Source: the human T2T-CHM13v2.0 reference genome, Homo sapiens
NCBI RefSeq assembly: GCF_009914755.1
Contig: NC_060945.1
DNA length: 64,000 bases
Direction: 5' to 3' (one strand)
Shown: one piece after another, positions 29,331 through 39,269 of the stretch
How positions within the stretch are numbered: the stretch's first letter is position 1
How the letters are laid out: every line of letters begins with the position of its first letter
Notes under the pieces: model-generated
The model's database searches: none
The model's input: the letters and a program-made list of their open reading frames with translations, nothing else
Told to the model about the DNA's origin: nothing
Program-made: the position numbers and the translations under genes

Positions 29331-30386
29331 TATGAGATAAATTGCAATATGGCTATAAATGAGAGATGAAGGTGGAAACCAAAAAGAAATAAAAGAGAAT
29401 AAATAAATTATTATGTTAGCAAAATATTAAAACACATAAAGATCCATGCGTGTTCAAACAATAACATTATATGAATAGGGGAGTATATTAATCCTCTACA
29501 TTTCAAGAAAAAAATTAGTGAAGACATCAGTTGTGCACCTGCCCTAACTAAAATTGATGTAAGGACATATATTAATTTACCTAAGATTTTGCTTGCTCAG
29601 CCTTTTGTCCTTTCCTCTTGATCCCCAAGACCTATAAAATTTGGGCACACATTCTTGGCTGACTAGCACAACCCCAGTCCACAACCCCCTTTTTTTTTTC
29701 ATTACACCCATCTTCAGATAAGAGTGGCCGCAGAACACATGTGTCCAAACAGGGCAGTCAAAAGTCTTCCAGGAAGTGTTCACCTTCCCCACAATGAAGG
29801 AAAAAAGTTTTAAAAGGCCTGATGTTCATCATTTATCCTTAGTCGTGCAGGATGTTGGTCATACACAGCAACCACTTTGAAACCATGAGTATGAAAGTCA
29901 CACAGCAGGAGTGGGGAGTGGGAAGACAAAAGGGTCCTGATGTTTTCTGACTTCCTTGAGCATTTGTAGTAGTCTTATCTGCTTGGTGCAATATTTCTTG
30001 TTTTATGTATTTTGAAAGCTATTAACATTAAATTAATAATGTTGCCTCTTAATTCCCGTGACTTAAGCCCAGGACAGCCAGTCATTTCAGGACTAGTGCA
30101 TTAACCTCGTAAGTAGATTCCTTTTCTCACTAATCTCCTTATTTTAGTCCTTTGGTCATGCATATTATAATATTTTAGTGTGATGTTTGTGTTTGTGTTT
30201 AGATATGAATGTAAATAATTAACATACAAAGAATTTAGAAAATACGTAAAACAGCCAATATTTGGATTCAACCAATAAAATATTATCTTATTTTAAGTTG
30301 CCATCACCCATCTTGTAAGGAAGCCACAAACCCTGAAACTAATGCTGATTCTGACATGAGACCAGTTTTCCTACTGAACAAGGCTT

Positions 30387-30392
30387 TTTATT
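30387..30392 (-). terminator. AATAAA polyadenylation signal of the KRTAP21-4P-like unit
   Basis: tttatt on + strand, at the position equivalent to 36217-36222 of KRTAP21-2. Confidence 0.7.
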
Positions 30393-30719
30393 AAGAAACT
30401 TCCATTTTTATTCCCTTGTAGTATGCACCAATTACGTGGCCCTCCTGTGCTTTTTCAGAAATCCACAATACAAAGACAGAGAAGATGATGTAAAAATTTA
30501 CAATGGAAAATTAATCAGAATAAAATCTTCTGTCTTCAGTGATGTGATGGAACTACTCAGTCTCCATCCACTGCAAACAGCTTCTTGTATGTTCATTCAG
30601 ATAGTTAGTGGACCATAGTTAATCTTTACTTAGATGTGAAGATAATGGGTAGGGGAGATTTCAACTGGACTTGATCTTGGAGAGGTCATCATTAAGGCAA
30701 GGATCATCTGTGGTGATGA

Positions 30720-32234
30720 TTAGCAGCAAGAGGAATAGCATCTTCTGTAGCAAAATGGTCGACAGCCCCAGCAGCCAGAGCTGTATTTACAGCCGTAGGG
30801 AGAGCCGAATCCATATCCAGAGCCATATCCACAGCCATAGCCAGAGGCAGAGCCATATCCACAGCCATAGCCACAGCCATAGCCAGAGCCAGAGCCATAT
30901 TGACAGCCGGAGCCATATCTACAGCCAGAGCCATATCCACAACCATAGCCACAGCCAGTTCCATATCCACAGCCATAGCCAGAGCCAGAGCCATATCCAC
31001 AGCCATAGCCAGAGCCAGAGCCATATCCACAACCATAGCCACAGCCAGTTCCATATCCACAGCCATAGCCAGAGCCAGAGCCATATCCACAGCCATAGCC
31101 AGAGCCAGAGCCATATCCATAACCATAGCCACAGTCAGTTCCATATCCAGAGCCGTATTGACAGCCAGAGCCATATCCACAGCCATAGCCAGAGCCAGAG
31201 CCATATCCACAACCATAGCCAGAGCCATATCCACAGCCATAGCCAGAGCCAGAGCCATATCCATAACCATAGCCGCAGCCAGTTCCATATCCAGAGCCGT
31301 ATTGACAGCCAGAGCCATATCCACAGCCAGAGCCAGAGCCATATCCATAACCATAGCCACAGCCAGAGCCATATCCACAACCATAGCCACAGCCAGTTCC
31401 ATATCCAGAGCCGTATTGACAGCCAGAGCCACATCCACAGCCAGAGCCACATCCACAGCCAGAGCCATATCCACAGCCATAGCCAGAGCCAGAGCCATAT
31501 CCACAACCATAGCCAGAGCCAGAGCCATATCCACAGCCATAGCCACAGCCAGAGACATATCCACAGCCATAGCCAGAGCCAGAGCCATATCCACAGCCAT
31601 AGCCAGAGCCAGAGCCATATCCATAACCATAGCCACAGCCAGTTCCATATCCAGAGCTGTATTGACAGCCAGAGCCATAGCCACAGCCAGAGCCATATCC
31701 ACAACCATAGCCACAGCCAGAGCCATATCCACAGCCATAGCCAGAGCCAGAGCCATATCCATAACCATAGCCATAGCCAGTTCCATATCCAGAGCTGTAT
31801 TGACAGCCAGAGCCATATCCACAGCCAGAGCCATATCCACAACCATAGCCACAGCCAGAGCCATATCCATAACCATAGCCACAGCCAGAGCCATATCCAA
31901 AGCCATAGCCAGAGCCAGAGCCATATCCACAGCCATAGCCAGATCCAGAGCCATATCCACAGCTATAGCCAGAGCCAGAGCCATATCCACAGCCACATCC
32001 ACAGCCAGAGCCATATCCATAACCATAGCCACAGCCAGAGCCATATCCACAACCATAGCCAGAGCCAGAGCCATATCCACAGCCATATCCACAGCCAGAG
32101 CCATATCCATAACCATAGCCACAGCCAGAGCCATATCCATAACCATAGCCAGAGCCATATCCACAACCATATCCAGAACCACAATCATATCCACAGACAG
32201 AACCCCAGGCAGAGCCATATCTGCATATGTCCTC
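30720..32234 (-). pseudogene. KRTAP21-4P: Start-less, repeat-expanded KRTAP21 paralogue: 504-codon open Gly/Tyr/Ser/Cys frame ending ...GCWGCRPFCYRRCYSSCC*
   Basis: Hand translation: TAA at 30722-30720, no in-frame stop until the upstream TAA at 32237-32235, no in-frame ATG; N-end CRYGSAWGSVCGYDCG aligns to KRTAP21-2 CGYGSGWSSGCGYGCG. Symbol assigned from recalled gene order, not verified. Confidence 0.8.
30810..32200. repeat. Coding-type VNTR built from 6-nt Gly-X units with higher-order blocks
   Basis: Units agagcc/atagcc/acagcc/atatcc; perfect 90-bp tandem copy 30931-31020 = 31021-31110. Confidence 0.97.
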
Positions 32235-33505
32235 TTAGATCTGCCTTTGCTGCATCCCAACGTTTTGGTATGTTATGCTTTTATTTTCGTTTGTTTCAAG
32301 ATATCTTTAGTTTTCCTTTCTTTTTATTCTTGACTCATTTGTTGTTTATGATGATGTTGTTTAGTTTTCATATATCTGCACATTTTCCAAAATTCCTTCC
32401 ATTATTGATTTGTTGATTCAAACCATTGTGGTTGGAAAAGATACTTAATATAATCACAGTCTTCCTAAATATATTAAGACCTGTTTTGAAACACATTTCA
32501 AAACAACAAAAGAAAACTTAAATATGTTAAGACTTCTTTTGAAGCATGTTTTCTGTGTTTTGAGCAGAATTGTATTCTGCTGCTGTTGGATGAAATGTCC
32601 TATATACGCCTATTAGGTCCATTTGCTCTAAAGTATAGTTCAGATCTAATGGTTACTTACCTATTTTCTATCTGAATAATCTGTTCATTGATGAAAGAAT
32701 AATAATAATAATAGTATAATAAAATACAATAATAAAATAATAGTAATATTACATTGTAAATGTCTCTTCAACTATATTAATATTTGCTTTACATTTTTAG
32801 GTGTTTGACATTGGGTACATATGTGTTTATAATTGTTATGTCTTCTTGATGAGTTAATCCATTTACCATTATATACTGACTTTCTTTTCCTTGTTTTACA
32901 GTTTTTTTTAATTCAAAGTCTAATTTATTTGATATATGTATATGGTCTTTTTTTGTTTCAATTTGCATGGAATACCTTTTTCCATCCTTGTTCTTTCAAT
33001 CTATATGTGTCCTTAAAAGCAACGTGAGTTTCTTGTAGGCAACATTTAGTTGGGTCTTTGTTTATATATATACGGATATATATATATATGAATATATATA
33101 CGAATATATATATATGAATATATATACGAATATATATACGAATATATATACGTATATATATACGTATATATACACGAATATATATACGTATATATACGAA
33201 TATATACGTATATATATACGAATATATACGAACATATATACGAACATATATACGAACATATATATGAACATATATATATGAACGTATATATGAATATATA
33301 TATATGAACGTATGTATGAATATATATATGAATGTATGTATGAATGTATATATGAATATATATATGAATGTATATATGAATATATATATGAATATATATA
33401 TGAATATATATATGAGCATTTTCTTGTTTTCTGGGTGTTTTGTAGATCTTTTCTTTCCTCCTCTCTGCTGTCTTCCATTGTAATTAGATAACGTTTTTCT
33501 ACTGA
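32230..33505 (-). mobile_element. Old L1M fragment (early ORF2 region) abutting the truncated KRTAP frame
   Basis: Minus strand encodes WDAAKADLRG near 32259-32230 and [11 protein letters not shown]...[13 protein letters not shown] (L1 endonuclease motifs) at 32958-33060. Confidence 0.85.
33062..33414. repeat. AT-rich compound microsatellite (TATATACGAA / TATATATGAA variants)
   Basis: Directly visible, embedded in the L1. Confidence 0.95.
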
Positions 33506-33509
33506 TATA

Positions 33510-36500
33510 TGCATTCCACAGTGAGTACTTCCTGGGATCCCTTCAATAACTGAAATAGATCCCACACATTATTGCAGTAATATCTTACCACTCTAATGAG
33601 CGCTTCTGCAAGGGTATTACTAATCTGTTGTCTTTCTTTCTCCTGCTTTGGAAACCATTTTCTGCATGGACTCCCAGAAATCATTTAAAACTTGATCTAA
33701 CAGTAGGTTAGCCTCAAAACTCATGTGAAACCTTACATTCTTCTTCCTAACTCTATAATAAAATTGAGTATTATTTCTTGGCATTATAGGCCATATCATT
33801 CTTATCCAGCTTGCCTACAACTAACATTCAATGATCCTTTACATATACAATCACAGAATTTCAAAGTAGAAGTGAATGATGTGGATAATTTAATTAGGTC
33901 CACGTTCAGAGTGCAGAATTACTCAGAATTTTCTAGGGGGTGGAGATACAAATTATTCAATAACTTCAGGATAGGGATGCTAACAAGACAACTTATTCCA
34001 TCTTCATACTGTGTTAGCCATTTGAAAAGTGTCTTATTTTTTTAAGTCTTCCTGTCTTTAAATTCTATCCATTGGACCTAGTTGTCTTCAGTGAAAAAAC
34101 AAACCAGAATAAACCTAATTCTGTATCACACATATACCTTCCCTGCAAAACCTTTTAAAAATGCTAAGAAATATAAACATAAATCAAGCATAGTACAAAG
34201 TCCAGAGACCAACTCTTGTATATGTGATAAAATCATAGACTAACGATGGTCACCACCAATCAGTTACAAATGGTGAGCTGTTTAGTAGGTGGTGCTGGAG
34301 AATCTAGCTTAATATAATGAAAAATGAAACTGGACCACCATATATAGAGGTGGACTCCAGGTGGATTAATGATCAAAGAGTGAAATGTAAAAATTTTCAA
34401 TTGACAGATGTAGAATATCAATGAAATAAAGATAATATGTATCATCTTTTAAATAACTAAAAAGTCAGAAATTACAGTTTGCAATGTGGTGCAATTATGC
34501 ACACTATTAACAAAAATAAACAAATGACAGTTTGTGAGATTTTTCCAGTGTCAAAAATAACAAGGGAATTTTATTAGGATTATACAATAAATGCCTACAA
34601 ATCAATAAGAAAGAGACAGACACTTCTGTTTAGAAAATGAGCAAAGGATGTGGAAGAGAAAACATTAAGGATAACACATATGGAAAGAAAATTGTTCACA
34701 CCCATTAATAATAAGAGATACATAAATTAAAACAGCAAGATGATATCTTTGTCACTGTGCAAACAAGCAACATTAGCATGTTAGAGTAAACAAATATTGT
34801 TACATATGTGAGGACAGATTTTGGGATTGACTTTCATAGAAGCCCATAAGGGTCACGTGTTCATTGCAGCAATGTTGTGCTGAAGAAGAGCTGGGTGTGA
34901 TTATGTGTGCATCACCGAGATAGCAAAAGGCAAAATCTTGTGTATTAGCCACGTGAAGTATCATATGGCAATGAGAAATAATAGTCTAAATGTACACGTA
35001 GTAGCATAAATGAATCATTCACTGCAATTGTGCTGAAAGAAAAGGGGTTTTAAAATATATATATAATAATACAATTTAAATAGGTTGAAAATATATAGTA
35101 GAATGGCCAACTTTTGGGGGATACTGACAAGATGAAAAGGGGTATTGCATATAAAATAATAAATAACAAGGTGTTTATGAATGAGAGATGAGTGTGAGAA
35201 TGGAAATAAAAGATAAATGTAAGAGAATAAATAAATTACTCTGTTAGACAAAAAAAAATAGAAAAAGGGAAAAGAGCTATGTGTGGACAAACAGTAATAT
35301 GATATAAATAGGACAGTATATTAAGCTCAAACCTCTACACTTGAAGGAAAAAAATGAGTGAAGTCATAAATTGTACCCCTTCCCAAACTCAAATTGCTGT
35401 AGGAACATATGGCCATTTACCTGAGGTTTTGCTTCCTCAGTCTTTTGTCCTTTCCTCTTGATCCCAAAGACCTACATACTTTGGGCACACATGATTGCTG
35501 ACTAGCAGAACCCCTGAACACCTTTTTGTTCTTTACACACCTTTAGCTAAGAGTGGTCACAGTACACATGTGTACAAACAAGGGCAGTCAAAATTCTTCC
35601 AGGAAGAGTGTCCCTTCCCAAATAAGAGGACAAAGTTTTAAAAGACCTGATGCTCTTCATCATTTGTCCTTACTTGTGCAGAATGTTGGTCATACACAGC
35701 AACCACTTTAAAACCATGAGTATGAAAGTCACACAGAAAGGGTGGGGAGTGGGAACATAAAAGAGCCCTGATCCTTTCTCACCATCTTGAGCACTTGTAG
35801 GAGACTTATCTGCTTAGTCTAAGATTTCTTGTTTTACATATTTCAAAAGCTATTAACATTAAATTAATATTGTTGCCTCTTAATTACCTTGACTTAAGCT
35901 CAAACAAGATAGTCATTGCTGAACTAGTGCATTAACCTCATGAGTAGATCCCCTGTCTCATTCTTGGTTCTATTCTAATTCTTTTTTCATGCATATTTTA
36001 AAATTTTGAGCTTAATATTTGTGTTCATGTTTAAATAAAAATGTAAAGAGTTAACATACAAGGAATTAAGAAATATGTAAAACACAAGTATTTGGATTCA
36101 ACCAATAAAATAACGTTGTCTTATTTAAAGTTGTGGTCACACAGCTTTTGAGGAAGCCACAAAACCTCAAATTAAGGAGACATTAAGGAGACCAGACTTC
36201 TTAGTGAGTAAGGCCTTTTATTAAGAAAATTCTATTTTTTTTCCATTTTAGTATGCTCCAATTATATAGTCCTCTTGTGTTTCAGCAAATAGTCATGGCA
36301 CAAAGATTCAGAAAAAGATGTAAGAGCTTACATTAGAAAATTACACTAGAAAATTAATCAGAATAAAATCTCCTCTCTTCAGCGATGTGATGAAACTACT
36401 CAGTCTCCATCCACTGCCAACAGCTTCTCTTATATGCATTCAGATAGTCAGGTGACCATAGTCAACCTTTACTTAGATGTGAAGATAATGGGTAGGGGAG

Positions 36501-36790
36501 ATTTCAATTGAACTTGATCTTGGAGAGGTCATTGCAAAGCCAAGGATGACCTGTAGTGATGATTAGTAGCAAGAGGAATAGCATCTTCTGTAGCAAAGTG
36601 GTCGGTAGCCACAGCAGCTAGAGCTGTATCCACAGCCATATCCACAGCCAGAGCCGTATCCACAGCCATAGCCACAGCCAGTTCCATAGCCAGAGCCATA
36701 TCTACAGCCAGAGCCGTATCCACAGCCATAGCCACAACCATATCCACAGCCGGAACTCCAGCCAGAGCCATATCCACAGCCCCCACAGCA
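33510..36790. repeat. Tandem duplication, right copy (contains most of KRTAP21-2 and its 3' flank)
   Basis: Collinear with 27385-32225. Confidence 0.9.
36217..36222 (-). terminator. AATAAA polyadenylation signal of KRTAP21-2
   Basis: About 340 nt downstream of the stop; conserved in the paralogue. Confidence 0.7.
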
Positions 36791-36814
36791 GTTTCTGTAG
36801 TAGTTGCAACACAT
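36563..36814 (-). CDS. KRTAP21-2: Keratin-associated protein 21-2 (83 aa, high Gly-Tyr/Cys)
   Basis: MCCNYYRNCCGGCGYGSGWSSG...GYRPLCYRRCYSSCY; single exon with TATA box and polyA signal. Confidence 0.95.
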   Translation of the reverse strand: MCCNYYRNCCGGCGYGSGWSSGCGYGCGYGCGYGSGCRYGSGYGTGCGYGCGYGSGCGYGCGYSSSCCGYRPLCYRRCYSSCY

Positions 36815-36892
36815 GATTTCAGGAGGTTAGATTTCAGTTGAGGTGTAGGAGGATATTTCTGAAGTGTGACTGTCCTCTACTCTTCTAAGACC

Positions 36893-36900
36893 TTTATATA
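36893..36900 (-). promoter_or_regulatory. TATA box of KRTAP21-2 (TATATAAA)
   Basis: 79-86 nt upstream of the ATG, identical spacing and context (agacctttatatac) to KRTAP21-1. Confidence 0.85.
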
Positions 36901-37582
36901 CTTCCAGGGATGCATGGGTCATCCTCACATGGGCTCTATTTGCTCATTTTATAATCATCTGCCTAAAATGAGCTCATTCTGTGTACATCTACTTTCTTTG
37001 GAATTCATAATTTGCTTATGACTTCCCTAGGAATATTTTTATGCCTGAAAAGAAAACAAATATACAAGTTCTAAACACACAAGCTTATACAACCATAATT
37101 TTGTTTTCCATAGTTTCATTTCATAGCCATGACATAACACATCACCAAAATATGTTTGACCTATAAATGTATGTTTATCTTTCTGTTCTTGTAAGGTCTT
37201 GAGAATTATCTATTTAATAAGGAGTTCTCACTGCTCTTAATACCATCATCATCATCATTTCTTCTTATTCTTTCCTAATACCTTGGTGTTCTTTTCTTAT
37301 CATAGTCACTAAAAATTACTAAATCATGGTTTTTGGACAAAGAATTGGGTATTTCCACGTGCTACCTCAACTTCTTGAAACCCTCTCCTTCTCTCTGAAG
37401 AAAAGTTTGACCATTCCCCCCTTTTCTAGGCAGTCTATGACCTTCTCTTGCTTGAAAAAAAAATTTTTGTTAAACGTCTGACAGGTCAGTTATGTAATAT
37501 GTGTCATTTAAAATTTATAGAATAAACTTTTGATTTTTCCATTTAAAGTGAGGGGAATTCCTTGGTTCACAACTTTGTTGTT

Positions 37583-37657
37583 GATGTCCAGTTGTTAAAT
37601 TCTGTTCTTAAACACAGGTTTGTTTGTGTTTAAGAACCGAATTAACAATTGGATATC
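37583..37657. other. Near-perfect inverted repeat (33/34-bp arms, 8-nt loop)
   Basis: gatgtccagttgttaaattctgttcttaaacaca / tgtgtttaagaaccgaattaacaattggatatc. Confidence 0.9.
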
Positions 37658-38579
37658 CATAATAATTGGACCACTCTGATGTTTATGCTGTACATCGGTG
37701 CTTTCTACTGAATAATAATTTCCAGCATATCCTGGACCCAAAACTGAGGTGGAGCTTCATTGGATATCCTTAACCCACACTGCTGATACCTTCTACTGCC
37801 CTTCTGTGCCACACCCAAAAATGCAGGAGCTCTGTTTCCTCCTGCAATGTCCCTGCTGCATCCTCTCCTGAGAAAACTTGAAGCCATGCTCACAGTGAAG
37901 GAGAAATACTTAAAGGAATCCCATCTATCAGCACAGAGAATATACTGAAGGATGAATTAGATGCTGAGGGGCCACAAATTGATAATCAGTACAATGTCCT
38001 CCATGTTCCAGAGGCTCTGTAGTAGAAATAGCTTTCCCTGGAAAACAGATTGGTTAATTTCCTGACTGAGTCTTTTCCTAATTATATGACCATGGAAAAT
38101 GTCCTCAACTTAGATGAACCTCAGTTTCTGCAACTGCCAAATGGGAATAAAAATAATTACTTTTATTTAAAATTTTATTAAGAGGCCTACAGAAAATACA
38201 CAGGCAATATAAGTAGTGTAGCAATGACCCTGATACATGGTGGAGACAAAACTTTTTCTTTCTTTTCCCCTTTTCTTTTGCCCAAATATAAGCATTCCTA
38301 AACAGTAACAGCTTTTCAAATTTCTGTATATACTTGTATTGATCTATTTGTTGTACTAAAATTTTGAGATTTGAATTTTAATTTTGCTATTTTTAAAGTA
38401 TGTGATATACATATGTGTAAATATACATATGTCAAGTAATGTTTTCGTAATAAACTTTCAAAAGTGAGCAAATGCTCTCAGAAAATGAACTTCCATGTAA
38501 TTGACCTCAGTTTACCTTGCCTGAAGCATTTTATACAATAATGTTTTGTAAAAATACAGAATCAAGGAACACATCACAG

Positions 38580-39190
38580 GGCTACCAAAACAGTGTGGTA
38601 GTGGTATAAATATAGATAAATAGATCATTGAAAAAGAAGAGAGAACCCGGAAATAAAGCCATATTATTTATAGCCAGCTGTTCTTTGACTAAGTCAACAC
38701 GAACATACATTGGGGAAAGGATATCCTCTTCAATAAATGATGCTGGGAAAATTGGATTGCTATATGCAGACGAATGAAACTGGACCCCATCTCTCACCAT
38801 ATACAAAAATCAACTCGAGATGTATTAAAGACTGCAATGTAAGACCTGAAACAATAAAAATACTGGAAGAAACCCTAGGGAAAACTCTTCTGAACACTGG
38901 TCAAGGCAAAGAATTCATGACAAATACTTCAAAAGTATGCAATGAAAACAAAAATAGATGAATGGGACTTAATTAAACTAAAAAGCTTCTTCACAGCAAA
39001 AGAAATAATTAACAGAGTGAACAGACAACCTGAAGAATGGGAGAAAATATTTGCAAACTATGCATCTGACAGGGGACTAACATTCAGAATGTACAAGAAA
39101 CTCAAACACTTAAACAACAAAAAAAACCACAAATAATTTCATGAAAAAAGTGGACAAAGAACATGAATAGACATTTTCCAAAGCAGACAT
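38580..39190 (+). mobile_element. L1 (L1PB/L1MA-like) ORF2 fragment without a 3' end
   Basis: [11 protein letters not shown] and [18 protein letters not shown]2 peptides. Confidence 0.9.
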
Positions 39191-39269
39191 CCCCTTTTAA
39201 TTTTTGAGTCACACTTACATTTATTACTTCATTGATTCTTATAAAAACAATGTAAAGTAAGTTGTGTTT

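Larger units (their letters stand above)
27385..32225. repeat. Tandem duplication, left copy (paralogous to ~33510-36790)
   Basis: Collinear similarity visible throughout, e.g. 29577-29930 vs 35415-35750 and 30511-30720 vs 36354-36563. Confidence 0.9.

Noticed and set aside
30810-32200. CRISPR-like array
   Set aside because: Human DNA; contiguous 6-nt-based tandem units with no unique spacers and no cas genes.
30704-32260. 518-aa (MALA)n and Trp/Leu-rich minus-strand ORFs as the real product
   Set aside because: They are off-frame readings of the KAP frame. The listed start at 32260 is a TTG inside L1 sequence. Equivalent off-frame ORFs overlap KRTAP21-2 and KRTAP21-1.
32226-32280. Splice acceptor that could attach an upstream exon to the headless frame
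   Set aside because: AG dinucleotides are present on the minus strand, but the upstream sequence is purine-rich with no polypyrimidine tract. KRTAP genes are normally intronless.
30671-32416. 581-aa His/Ser/Gln-rich + strand ORF and 477-aa Ala/Arg-rich ORF as novel genes
   Set aside because: They are antisense shadows of the Gly-X KAP repeat; the same shadows occur over KRTAP21-1 (44658-45064). There is no independent promoter evidence, and the 3' ends run into L1.
32958-33565. Ile/Tyr-rich 153-aa and 167-aa ORFs
   Set aside because: Translations of the AT microsatellite joined to L1 endonuclease remnants.
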